From Eledone cirrhosa (taxonomy: Eukaryota): a DNA stretch of 64,000 nucleotides. Below are positions 1-12,183 of this stretch, one piece after another. The notes below the pieces were generated by a model. The model worked only from the letters and a program-made list of their open reading frames with translations, made no database searches and was not told the origin of the DNA. The stretch covers positions 420,112,001-420,176,000 of the forward strand of contig OZ024740.1 of assembly GCA_964016885.1 (NCBI GenBank). Direction: 5' to 3'. The position numbers were made by a program, and so were the translations under genes. The first letter of the stretch is position 1, and each line of letters starts with the position of its first letter.

Positions 1-819
1 GAGATGGATTTAATGTGGTGACAATAAAAATGAATGCTTTTAGATTATGTTTTGATAGCTTAAAATCTGTTCTTGTGTGAAGTTGGTAAATAATTTAAAT
101 ACCAAAAATAGTTAGTCATTTTCATTTGGTTGTCGTATAAAAATTGATTTTGTTGGAGCTGATTTCATTGTTTTATAAATATATTTAGTTAATATAAAGG
201 ATGATGTGCTCAAGGGAAGAGATGCTATGAAATAGCTTATAAAATAGGGGGAAGATACTTAAAAGATAGAAAAAGAAGTTCCCAGCAGCCACTATGAAAA
301 ATTGAACCCCATATCTCCCAGACACCAGCTAGACACTTTAAACCTTTAAACTATAGCATCTCCTCACATTAGCACATCATCCTTTACATTAACACTATAT
401 TCTCCGTGCTTAAATGTCTGAAAGATTGGCTACATATATTCTTTATATAATGAATAAACAATGTTGTCTCTGATCGAGACGAAGCGAGAGTGTATTTAAA
501 TTCATATAAAAATGAGAAAATTCATCACTATAAACAGCCGTTAAAACAGCTAAATGCTGTCAAAGATAGTGATGGACAAAAATGCCTCAGAGGACAGTGA
601 CCAGCAGCCAGTGGTCAACAGAGAGACAATCCACACGGTGGGTGACAGGTAGATGAAATATAGAAAATATTGAAAGAGGAGGGGGACAAGGAGAAGTACA
701 CTGGTGCACAGAAGTGACTAGAAGAAGGAAATAAAGAAAGGTGATGTACAAGACAAGTTTACACACTTTATTTTGATATCTTATATATTTTTATTTATTT
801 TTCCTTTTACTAACAACAG

Positions 820-940
820 AAAACCAAATGGAAATGATTTAATTGAGTGTTTACCTGAATTGATGGCATATTGTGATGGCAAATTTGAACTGTTGTTTTC
901 AATGTTAAAAGATGACATGAGTCGAAGTCATATTGAACAG
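820..940 (+). CDS. ASCC3: ASCC3 internal coding exon (C-terminal Sec63-like region; upstream exons lie outside the window)
   Basis: Pyrimidine tract + ...caacAG|820 acceptor and 940|GTaaga donor. Encodes KPNGNDLIECLPELMAYCDGKFELLFSMLKDDMSRSHIEQ, resembling the recalled ASCC3 segment IESLPELIHACGGKDHVFSSMV. Ends in phase 0, matching the next exon. Confidence 0.85.
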
Positions 941-1333
941 GTAAGAAATAGATTTTTAATACACTTACATTTTGTTGAACTTATTATTTATTATATTTTA
1001 CAGTCTGTATATCAAAATACTGTGGCCACTTTACATGGTGGACTGGGTGCTTTTTGTCATGATAGTAACACGATCACTTTACTGGGCGGACTAGGTGCTT
1101 TTTGTCATGTTACCATCATGACCACTTTACAGTGTAGACTGATCAAAATCATCAAATCTTTGTATGAAGTTGATTAGAAAATCATGATTGATAATATATC
1201 TATTGAAGAACCTATAATTTAAGCCTGTGTTCATTGAGACAGTCTTTTTATTTCTCTTTCTCTTATGGCAATAAAGTATAGGATAGAGTTCCTTTGAAAG
1301 TCAGAAGACTTGAATTTCATTACAGAGTTCAAT

Positions 1334-1626
1334 CAAAGACAACATTATTTCTAGATTTTAAATGTATCCTCTTATCAAGTGAGGTGGAGCTTGTCAAATT
1401 GGATCAAGGAAACAATGTTTCTATTGGTCTTTCCATTGCTGATACTATCTACTGGTCGCAACTCCTGGTTGAAGGAGTAACATGAAATAAAGTGTTTTGC
1501 TCAAGGACATAACACATTGCCTGGCCTGGGATTCAAACTCAAAACCTCATGATTGTAAATCCAATTCTCTAACCACTAAGCTATGCTAGAGGATACATTT
1601 AAAATCTAGAAATAATGTTGTCTTTG
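1334..1626. repeat. Perfect 39-bp inverted repeat (1334-1372 / 1588-1626) enclosing a SINE fragment
   Basis: caaagacaacattatttctagattttaaatgtatcctct is the exact reverse complement of agaggatacatttaaaatctagaaataatgttgtctttg; spacer 215 bp. Confidence 0.95.
1391..1587 (-). mobile_element. tRNA-derived SINE (head + CORE-like segment), degraded
   Basis: Minus strand reads gcatagcttagtggttagag (A-box) ... gagtttgaatccc (B-box) ... gtccttgagcaaaacactttatttcatgttactcc; same family as the + copy at 10966. Confidence 0.75.
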
Positions 1627-1674
1627 TCTAATAACAGCTCAATATCTTTGATCAAATATTAAGTTGAAATCTTC

Positions 1675-1900
1675 CTGAGCCTGGAGGCTCATTAGGCTGG
1701 TGCTTATCCCGGTTTCCTCAGCATTGAGTGACAAAGGGTATAAGACTTCCTCCTGGACAGAATGCCAGTCCATTGCAGAGTTAACTCCCAGTTACTGCTA
1801 GTACTCATTTTCAGCTCAGTGTACTGGAGCAACATGAACTCAAATCCACAACATCATGATTGTAAGTCTAACACCCTAAGCACTAGGCTATGTACCTTCA
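1675..1900 (-). mobile_element. tRNA-derived SINE with internal deletion
   Basis: Minus strand gaaggtacatagcctagtgcttagggtgttagacttacaatcatg...catgttgctccagtacactgagctgaaaatgagta resembles the head and body of the 10966 copy. Confidence 0.65.
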
Positions 1901-1920
1901 TTCAAGGTAAGATACTGATA

Positions 1921-2121
1921 GTCAGGTCTTGCCAAAGAAACAATGTTTTCATTAGTCTTTCTATTGCTGATACTATCTGTGGGTAACAACTCCTGGCAGA
2001 AGAAGCAATGTGAAATAAAACATTTTGCTCAAGAATATAATGCATGACCCAATCCAAGAATCATACTTATGGTGTTATGATTGTAAGTCTGACACCTTAA
2101 CCACTAGGCCACATGCCTTCA
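1921..2121 (-). mobile_element. tRNA-derived SINE, paralogous to 1391-1587
   Basis: Shares aaacaatgttt...tattgctgatactatct...aactcctgg...tgaaataaa...ttttgctcaag...atgattgtaa...taaccacta with 1391-1587; A-box gtggcctagtggttaagg on the minus strand. Confidence 0.7.
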
Positions 2122-2761
2122 CTTGGTCAAATATACAGTAAAGAAATTAGTAGTAACTGAATATTATATAGATAGTATAATGGAAATGTCAGTTATGTTT
2201 GGCACTAAACCAACACTGTTATTATACTCAACATATTTTTATAATAGACAATGTTTGTAATCTACAGGTGGTGTCTATAGATTGAATGATTTTATATTTG
2301 AAGTAGTATATATTCCATAATTCACTTAGAATTGAAGAGCCTATCCTTTTCTATGGTTCTGAAACTTGGACCTTGCTCTCCTGTACAGAGCCATTAAGAT
2401 GGATGTTACACTACCCTTCTGAGAAAGACTCAAAAGCTAACCCATCCCATGATCAATCAGATATACAGAAAATCCCAAAAGTAAATGCATGGGTGATTGA
2501 ACATGGTACAAGGTTTACTGGTCACTGCTTCTATGCAAAAGCTGAGATGGTTTTAGACCTGTTGTTGTTGTAGATCTCCTCTACCAGAAGTCTCAGATAC
2601 CAGGATACCATAGCAACAGACACTGGAATTGACAATAAAAGATTGTTATTGTTCCAATCAGTTCATAAAGCACTGAGCAAACACCCTAAAGTGAATGGCA
2701 ACCTGCACTCCTAGCTGTCGAAACAGCCGGAGCTCAGCCGTTGGGGTCCTGACTCTTTTCC

Positions 2762-2832
2762 ATATATATATATATACATATATATAGTAATAATAATTAC
2801 GAAGACCACAATCCGAAGAGGGCTTGATAAGG

Positions 2833-2880
<48 letters not shown>
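2762..2880. repeat. (TA)n microsatellites
   Basis: TA runs at ~2762-2786 and ~2836-2880. Confidence 0.95.
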
Positions 2881-2883
<3 letters not shown>

Positions 2884-2999
2884 CCGTAGAGCAAATATTT
2901 ATTATTAGTACAGATTAAAGTTTGAACAAAGAATTTCTGCTTTCACCCTGTTACGGGATCTTATGAAGATCTGTACTACTAATATATATATATATATAA

Positions 3000-3238
3000 G
3001 TGAAGGTATAGTAATTTGCTTCACAACCACCACATGGTTCTGGGAAAGTATCTACATGGCACCTTTGGTAAAGAGAGACTGTACAGAAGCCTGTTGTGTA
3101 TGTATAGTGTATGACAGTGTGTATGTGTGTAGTGTATGACTGTGTGTGTGTGTGTAGTGTAAGACAATGTGTTGAGTTGTGTCTGTTTAACTGAAAAGGT
3201 AACATATTCAATAAACCGAGATCAATAAAATAATGTAC
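3000..3238 (+). mobile_element. Degraded SINE 5'/central part leading directly into the 76-bp array
   Basis: ttgcttcacaaccaccacatggttctggg...tggcacctttggtaa...cagaagcctgttgtgtatgtat-(TG)n-...gagatcaataaaataatgtacca follows the layout I recall for a common octopus SINE with an internal TG/TA microsatellite. Confidence 0.55.
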
Positions 3239-6200
3239 CACACTGAAATAGCTACTAAGTTCAATGATTTACTAACCAAACCCCTTGAACATGTTTCTCC
3301 AACATGGCTGCAGTCACACTGAAATAACTACTAAGTTCAATGATTTACTAACCAAACCCCTTGAACATGTTTCTCCAACATGGCTGCAGTCACACTGAAA
3401 TAGCTACTAAGGTCAATGATTTACTAACCAAACCCCTTGAACATGTTTCTCCAACATGGCTGCAGTCACACTGAAATAACTACTAAGGTCAATGATTTAC
3501 TAACCAAACCCCTTGAACATGTTTCTCCAACATGGCTGCAGTCACACTGAAATAAGTACTAAGTTCAATGATTTACTAACCAAACCCCTTGAACATGTTT
3601 CTCCAACATGGCTGCAGTCACACTGAAATAGCTACTAAGTTCAATGATTTACTAACCAAACCCCTTGAACATGTTTCTCCAACATGGCTGCAGTCACACT
3701 GAAATAAGTACTAAGTTCAATGATTTACTAACCAAACCCCTTGAACATGTTTCTCCAACATGGCTGCAGTCACACTGAAATAGCTACTAAGTTCAATGAT
3801 TTACTAACCAAACCCCTTGAACATGTTTCTCCAACATGGCTGCAGTCACACTGAAATAAGTACTAAGTTCAATGATTTACTAACCAAACCCCTTGAACAT
3901 GTTTCTCCAACATGGCTGCAGTCACACTGAAATAAGTACTAAGTTCAATGATTTACTAACCAAACCCCTTGAACATGTTTCTCCAACATGGCTGCAGTCA
4001 CACTGAAATAAGTACTAAGTTCAATGATTTACTAACCAAACCCCTTGAACATGTTTCTCCAACATGGCTGCAGTCACACTGAAATAACTACTAAGGTCAA
4101 TGATTTACTAACCAAACCCCTTGAACATGTTTCTCCAACATGGCTGCAGTCACACTGAAATAACTACTAAGGTCAATGATTTACTAACCAAACCCCTTGA
4201 ACATGTTTCTCCAACATGGCTGCAGTCACACTGAAATAACTACTAAGGTCAATGATTTACTAACCAAACCCCTTGAACATGTTTCTCCAACATGGCTGCA
4301 GTCACACTGAAATAACTACTAAGTTCAATGATTTACTAACCAAACCCCTTGAACATGTTTCTCCAACATGGCTGCAGTCACACTGAAATAAGTACTAAGG
4401 TCAATGATTTACTAACCAAACCCCTTGAACATGTTTCTCTAACATGGCTGCAGTCACACTGAAATAACTACTAAGGTCAATGATTTACTAACCAAACCCC
4501 TTGAACATGTTTCTCCAACATGGCTGCAGTCACACTGAAATAACTACTAAGTTCAATGATTTACTAACCAAACCCCTTGAACATGTTTCTCCAACATGGC
4601 TGCAGTCACACTGAAATAAGTACTAAGGTCAATGATTTACTAACCAAACCCCTTGAACATGTTTCTCTAACATGGCTGCAGTCACACTGAAATAACTACT
4701 AAGGTCAATGATTTACTAACCAAACCCCTTGAACATGTTTCTCCAACATGGCTGCAGTCACACTGAAATAACTACTAAGTTCAATGATTTACTAACCAAA
4801 CCCCTTGAACATGTTTCTCCAACATGGCTGCAGTCACACTGAAATAAGTACTAAGGTCAATGATTTACTAACCAAACCCCTTGAACATGTTTCTCTAACA
4901 TGGCTGCAGTCACACTGAAATAACTACTAAGGTCAATGATTTACTAACCAAACCCCTTGAACATGTTTCTCCAACATGGCTGCAGTCACACTGAAATAAC
5001 TACTAAGTTCAATGATTTACTAACCAAACCCCTTGAACATGTTTCTCCAACATGGCTGCAGTCACACTGAAATAAGTACTAAGGTCAATGATTTACTAAC
5101 CAAACCCCTTGAACATGTTTCTCTAACATGGCTGCAGTCACACTGAAATAAGTACTAAGGTCAATGATTTACTAACCAAACCCCTTGAACATGTTTCTCC
5201 AACATGGCTGCAGTCACACTGAAATAACTACTAAGTTCAATGATTTACTAACCAAACCCCTTGAACATGTTTCTCCAACATGGCTGCAGTCACACTGAAA
5301 TAAGTACTAAGTTCAATGATTTACTAACCAAACCCCTTGAACATGTTTCTCCAACATGGCTGCAGTCACACTGAAATAAGTACTAAGTTCAATGATTTAC
5401 TAACCAAACCCCTTGAACATGTTTCTCCAACATGGCTGCAGTCACACTGAAATAAGTACTAAGTTCAATGATTTACTAACCAAACCCCTTGAACATGTTT
5501 CTCCAACATGGCTGCAGTCACACTGAAATAAGTACTAAGGTCAATGATTTACTAACCAAACCCCTTGAACATGTTTCTCCAACATGGCTGCAGTCACACT
5601 GAAATAACTACTAAGATCAATGATTTACTAACCAAACCCCTTGAACATGTTTCTCCAACATGGCTGCAGTCACACTGAAATAAGTACTAAGGTCAATGAT
5701 TTACTAACCAAACCCCTTGAACATGTTTCTCCAACATGGCTGCAGTCACACTGAAATAACTACTAAGATCAATGATTTACTAACCAAACCCCTTGAACAT
5801 GTTTCTCCAACATGGCTGCAGTCACACTGAAATAAGTACTAAGGTCAATGATTTACTAACCAAACCCCTTGAACATGTTTCTCCAACATGGCTGCAGTCA
5901 CACTGAAATAACTACTAAGATCAATGATTTACTAACCAAACCCCTTGAACATGTTTCTCCAACATGGCTGCAGTCACACTGAAATAAGTACTAAGGTCAA
6001 TGATTTACTAACCAAACCCCTTGAACATGTTTCTCCAACATGGCTGCAGTCACACTGAAATAACTACTAAGATCAATGATTTACTAACCAAACCCCTTGA
6101 ACATGTTTCTCCAACATGGCTGCAGTCACACTGAAATAAGTACTAAGGTCAATGATTTACTAACCAAACCCCTTGAACATGTTTCTCCAACATGGCTGCA

Positions 6201-9200
6201 GTCACACTGAAATAAGTACTAAGTTCAATGATTTACTAACCAAACCCCTTGAACATGTTTCTCCAACATGGCTGCAGTCACACTGAAATAAGTACTAAGG
6301 TCAATGATTTACTAACCAAACCCCTTGAACATGTTTCTCCAACATGGCTGCAGTCACACTGAAATAACTACTAAGATCAATGATTTACTAACCAAACCCC
6401 TTGAACATGTTTCTCCAACATGGCTGCAGTCACACTGAAATAACTACTAAGATCAATGATTTACTAACCAAACCCCTTGAACATGTTTCTCCAACATGGC
6501 TGCAGTCACACTGAAATAACTACTAAGGTCAATGATTTACTAACCAAACCCCTTGAACATGTTTCTCCAACATGGCTGCAGTCACACTGAAATAACTACT
6601 AAGGTCAATGATTTACTAACCAAACCCCTTGAACATGTTTCTCCAACATGGCTGCAGTCACACTGAAATAACTACTAAGGTCAATGATTTACTAACCAAA
6701 CCCCTTGAACATGTTTCTCCAACATGGCTGCAGTCACACTGAAATAACTACTAAGGTCAATGATTTACTAACCAAACCCCTTGAACATGTTTCTCCAACA
6801 TGGCTGCAGTCACACTGAAATAACTACTAAGTTCAATGATTTACTAACCAAACCCCTTGAACATGTTTCTCCAACATGGCTGCAGTCACACTGAAATAAC
6901 TACTAAGGTCAATGATTTACTAACCAAACCCCTTGAACATGTTTCTCCAACATGGCTGCAGTCACACTGAAATAACTACTAAGGTCAATGATTTACTAAC
7001 CAAACCCCTTGAACATGTTTCTCCAACATGGCTGCAGTCACACTGAAATAACTACTAAGATCAATGATTTACTAACCAAACCCCTTGAACATGTTTCTCC
7101 AACATGGCTGCAGTCACACTGAAATAACTACTAAGGTCAATGATTTACTAACCAAACCCCTTGAACATGTTTCTCCAACGTGGCTGCAGTCACACTGAAA
7201 TAACTACTAAGTTCAATGATTTACTAACCAAACCCCTTGAACATGTTTCTCCAACATGGCTGCAGTCACACTGAAATAACTACTAAGATCAATGATTTAC
7301 TAACCAAACCCCTTGAACATGTTTCTCCAACATGGCTGCAGTCACACTGAAATAAGTACTAAGTTCAATGATTTACTAACCAAACCCCTTGAACATGTTT
7401 CTCCAACATGGCTGCAGTCACACTGAAATAAGTACTAAGTTCAATGATTTACTAACCAAACCCCTTGAACATGTTTCTCCAACATGGCTGCAGTCACACT
7501 GAAATAACTACTAAGATCAATGATTTACTAACCAAACCCCTTGAACATGTTTCTCCAACATGGCTGCAGTCACACTGAAATAAGTACTAAGTTCAATGAT
7601 TTACTAACCAAACCCCTTGAACATGTTTCTCCAACATGGCTGCAGTCACACTGAAATAACTACTAAGATCAATGATTTACTAACCAAACCCCTTGAACAT
7701 GTTTCTCCAACATGGCTGCAGTCACACTGAAATAAGTACTAAGTTCAATGATTTACTAACCAAACCCCTTGAACATGTTTCTCCAACATGGCTGCAGTCA
7801 CACTGAAATAACTACTAAGATCAATGATTTACTAACCAAACCCCTTGAACATGTTTCTCCAACATGGCTGCAGTCACACTGAAATAAGTACTAAGGTCAA
7901 TGATTTACTAACCAAACCCCTTGAACATGTTTCTCCAACATGGCTGCAGTCACACTGAAATAACTACTAAGTTCAATGATTTACTAACCAAACCCCTTGA
8001 ACATGTTTCTCCAACATGGCTGCAGTCACACTGAAATAACTACTAAGTTCAATGATTTACTAACCAAACCCCTTGAACATGTTTCTCCAACATGGCTGCA
8101 GTCACACTGAAATAAGTACTAAGGTCAATGATTTACTAACCAAACCCCTTGAACATGTTTCTCCAACATGGCTGCAGTCACACTGAAATAAGTACTAAGT
8201 TCAATGATTTACTAACCAAACCCCTTGAACATGTTTCTCCAACATGGCTGCAGTCACACTGAAATAACTACTAAGTTCAATGATTTACTAACCAAACCCC
8301 TTGAACATGTTTCTCCAACATGGCTGCAGTCACACTGAAATAACTACTAAGGTCAATGATTTACTAACCAAACCCCTTGAACATGTTTCTCTAACATGGC
8401 TGCAGTCACACTGAAATAACTACTAAGATCAATGATTTACTAACCAAACCCCTTGAACATGTTTCTCCAACATGGCTGCAGTCACACTGAAATAACTACT
8501 AAGATCAATGATTTACTAACCAAACCCCTTGAACATGTTTCTCCAACATGGCTGCAGTCACACTGAAATAACTACTAAGATCAATGATTTACTAACCAAA
8601 CCCCTTGAACATGTTTCTCCAACATGGCTGCAGTCACACTGAAATAACTACTAAGATCAATGATTTACTAACCAAACCCCTTGAACATGTTTCTCCAACA
8701 TGGCTGCAGTCACACTGAAATAACTACTAAGGTCAATGATTTACTAACCAAACCCCTTGAACATGTTTCTCTAACATGGCTGCAGTCACACTGAAATAAC
8801 TACTAAGGTCAATGATTTACTAACCAAACCCCTTGAACATGTTTCTCCAACATGGCTGCAGTCACACTGAAATAACTACTAAGATCAATGATTTACTAAC
8901 CAAACCCCTTGAACATGTTTCTCCAACATGGCTGCAGTCACACTGAAATAACTACTAAGGTCAATGATTTACTAACCAAACCCCTTGAACATGTTTCTCC
9001 AACATGGCTGCAGTCACACTGAAATAACTACTAAGGTCAATGATTTACTAACCAAACCCCTTGAACATGTTTCTCCAACATGGCTGCAGTCACACTGAAA
9101 TAACTACTAAGGTCAATGATTTACTAACCAAACCCCTTGAACATGTTTCTCTAACATGGCTGCAGTCACACTGAAATAACTACTAAGGTCAATGATTTAC

Positions 9201-10307
9201 TAACCAAACCCCTTGAACATGTTTCTCCAACATGGCTGCAGTCACACTGAAATAACTACTAAGGTCAATGATTTACTAACCAAACCCCTTGAACATGTTT
9301 CTCCAACATGGCTGCAGTCACACTGAAATAACTACTAAGGTCAATGATTTACTAACCAAACCCCTTGAACATGTTTCTCCAACATGGCTGCAGTCACACT
9401 GAAATAACTACTAAGGTCAATGATTTACTAACCAAACCCCTTGAACATGTTTCTCCAACATGGCTGCAGTCACACTGAAATAACTACTAAGGTCAATGAT
9501 TTACTAACCAAACCCCTTGAACATGTTTCTCCAACATGGCTGCAGTCACACTGAAATAACTACTAAGGTCAATGATTTACTAACCAAACCCCTTGAACAT
9601 GTTTCTCCAACATGGCTGCAGTCACACTGAAATAACTACTAAGTTCAATGATTTACTAACCAAACCCCTTGAACATGTTTCTCTAACATGGCTGCAGTCA
9701 CACTGAAATAACTACTAAGATCAATGATTTACTAACCAAACCCCTTGAACATGTTTCTCCAACATGGCTGCAGTCACACTGAAATAAGTACTAAGTTCAA
9801 TGATTTACTAACCAAACCCCTTGAACATGTTTCTCCAACATGGCTGCAGTCACACTGAAATAACTACTAAGGTCAATGATTTACTAACCAAACCCCTTGA
9901 ACATGTTTCTCTAACATGGCTGCAGTCACACTGAAATAACTACTAAGGTCAATGATTTACTAACCAAACCCCTTGAACATGTTTCTCCAACATGGCTGCA
10001 GTCACACTGAAATAACTACTAAGGTCAATGATTTACTAACCAAACCCCTTGAACATGTTTCTCCAACATGGCTGCAGTCACACTGAAATAACTACTAAGG
10101 TCAATGATTTACTAACCAAACCCCTTGAACATGTTTCTCCAACATGGCTGCAGTCACACTGAAATAACTACTAAGGTCAATGATTTACTAACCAAACCCC
10201 TTGAACATGTTTCTCCAACATGGCTGCAGTCACACTGAAATAACTACTAAGTTCAATGATTTACTAACCAAACCCCTTGAACATGTTTCTCCAACATGGC
10301 TGCAGTC
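3239..10307 (+). repeat. Intronic 76-bp tandem repeat (minisatellite), 93 copies
   Basis: Unit cactgaaata[ag][cg]tactaag[gta]tcaatgatttactaaccaaaccccttgaacatgtttctc[ct]aacatggctgcagtca, exact period 76 (3241, 3317 ... 3621 ...); 7069/76 = 93. No indels seen and variation is essentially confined to four positions. Confidence 0.98.
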
Positions 10308-10379
10308 CAATAACTGAAGCTATTACAATAGAAATCTGTTAAAATCAGTTAATATTTTTGTACCTTCTTCTTTTTAAAG

Positions 10380-10494
10380 GTGTATCAAGTTATTACCAAA
10401 CTACCTCAGCTAGAAGTAAAGATGCACCTGAAAAGGAATTCTACAGGTGATGCTACAGATAACAGTAACATTGAAGAAATTAACCTTACTGCAG
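10380..10494 (+). CDS. ASCC3: ASCC3 internal coding exon
   Basis: ttcttctttttaaAG|10380 acceptor and gcag|GTaaca donor. 115 nt, phase 0 to phase 1, encoding VYQVITKLPQLEVKMHLKRNSTGDATDNSNIEEINLTA(G); joins both neighbours in frame. Confidence 0.8.
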
Positions 10495-10627
10495 GTAACA
10501 TTTCCACTTTGATTTCTAAAAAACTTGTCACATTTCACCATTGCTTTGTTTTAGTTTTTACTATGATTCTAGCTGGTTCTTCACAGCAACACGTTTGCCA
10601 TCTTAGTTGAGATATGTTGTTCAGTAA

Positions 10628-10782
10628 CGAGGTGATACATTGGTAAAGTTGTTAGAAAGTAATATAAAATGTTTTGTAGTATTCATTTCAGCTCTCTGTT
10701 CTCTGAGTTCAAATCTCGCCAAGGTCAACTTTGCCTTTCACCCATTTGAAGTTGATAAAAAGGTGCCAGTCAAGTGCTGATA
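10628..10782 (+). mobile_element. Degraded tRNA-derived SINE (same family as 12631 and 13119)
   Basis: B-box gagttcaaatctc followed by aggtcaactttgcctttcacccatttgaagttgataaaaaggtgccagt. Confidence 0.7.
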
Positions 10783-10965
10783 GTTCTCCCAACACCCTTT
10801 TTTGTCAGGTTTTCAGCAGCTAGATGTTCCTCCTATCACCAACCACTTTACAGAGTATACTGGGCGCATTTATGTAAATCTCCAACAGTAGAGAGGTTGT
10901 CACTATAAGCGCAACAATTGTATTGATATTAGAAAGTCATCACAGTTATATATGGTTTATAACAA

Positions 10966-11300
10966 TGGCTTAGTGTTTAGAGCATTCGGCTTGCAATCAT
11001 GAAGTTAGGAGTTTGATTCTCAGACCAGGTGGTGCATTGTCCTTGAGTAAGACACTTTATTTCACGTTGCTCCAGTTTACTCAGCTGTGGAAATGAGTTG
11101 CGATGTCACTGGTGCCAAGCTGTATCAGCCATTGCCTTTCCCTTGGACAACATCGGTGGCATGGAGAGGGGAGACTGGTATGTATGGTTGATTGCTTGTC
11201 TTCCACAAACACCCTTGCCTGGTCTTGTGTCTCAGAGGGGGACTTTCTAGGTGAAAATCTCATGGTCGTTCGGGACTAAATGGGGTCTTTACCCTTTACC
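10966..11300 (+). mobile_element. tRNA-derived SINE with CORE-like central segment
   Basis: A-box tggcttagtgtttag, B-box gagtttgattctc, then gtccttgagtaagacactttatttcacgttgctccagtttactcagctg; ends in a tttaccctttacc tail. Confidence 0.75.
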
Positions 11301-11660
11301 CACCAATGTGTGAAAATAATACAATAAATTATACATATAACAATCTTCTGCACAGTTTCCATTTACCAAAAATGAACTCAGAAAGCATTGGTTAACCCAA
11401 GACTGTAGTACTGTTTACTTCATAATTAATATTTTGGTCTATTTTCAAACAATGCTAAAATCTAGATATAGCTACAATGTTTCACTTCTCACAGTATATA
11501 TAGAAGGTATGTATATGTATATGTATCATCATCACCGTTTTACGTCCATTCTTCCACACTACCATGGCTTAGACAAGTTGTCCTGTTGTGGACAATGCCA
11601 GGTTGGGTGACCTTGTCTTGCTCATACGGGAACTGATTTCGGCTTGATTTCTACAGCTGG

Positions 11661-11697
<37 letters not shown>

Positions 11698-11814
11698 CCA
11701 GCACCAACAGTTTCCAAGAGATGTCAACATGAATGGACCTGTTATTTTTATCTAAAGACACTTTTTCCAATTCCAACCCGCCCGTCCCCTCAAACTATCT
11801 TATTTCTCATTCTT

Positions 11815-11850
11815 TCTTCTGATGAAGGACTAGCGTCCAAAACGTCAAGA
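11815..11850 (+). ncRNA. Minimal type I hammerhead ribozyme motif, core-mutated (G12>A), Penelope-like
   Basis: UCUU-CUGAUGA-A-GGAC-uagc-GUCC-AAAAC-GUC-AAGA: stem I UCUU/AAGA, stem II GGAC/GUCC, palindromic ACGU stem III, GUC cleavage triplet. The GAAA box reads AAAA. Confidence 0.7.
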
Positions 11851-12003
11851 CCCTCTTCCTGCTATTTCAAGTGTTAACCTAATATATTCCTTCCATATAC
11901 TGTACCGATTGTGTTATTTCTGTTTATCTTTTACATACATACATATATATATATACAATGATATTAAATAAATGGAAACTATATTTATAAAACCATATTT
12001 ATT

Positions 12004-12056
12004 CTATTATATATATTTCAAGGGTACCAAAACTTTGGTACGCTTTCATCAGATAG
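12004..12056 (-). ncRNA. Type I hammerhead ribozyme motif (antisense copy)
   Basis: Minus strand CUAU-CUGAUGA-AAGCGUACCAA-aguu-UUGGUACCCUU-GAAA-UAUAUA-UA-AUAG: intact core, 10-bp stem II with one C-C mismatch, 4-bp stem I. Confidence 0.7.
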
Positions 12057-12183
12057 TTTGTTTTATAAATTTTGACATAACCAAGAAAAGATATCTTAAC
12101 GGTTCAAGTTTTCCTTGGATAGTTAACTGGAACCATTAAGATATCTTTTCTTGGTTATGTCAAAATTTATAAAACAAACTTTG

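Noticed and set aside
1025-1140. ~48-bp imperfect tandem duplication (cactttac...ggactRggtgctttttgtcatg)
   Set aside because: About 2.3 degenerate copies, probably an old repeat-element fragment; no further structure.
773-1177. ORF-track proteins 773-1177, 10380-10610 and 13298-13618 as stand-alone genes
   Set aside because: Each is an ASCC3 exon plus intronic read-through; splice sites and phase continuity define the real boundaries.
2680-2835. Possible further hammerhead remnants (ctgtcgaaacagcc; ccgaagagggcttgataag)
   Set aside because: No intact CUGANGA...GAAA pair with supporting stems could be built.
3239-10307. 76-bp array as a CRISPR or tRNA gene array (tRNA-like length)
   Set aside because: No spacers, no A/B boxes or GTTCRA T-loop, and no cloverleaf evident.
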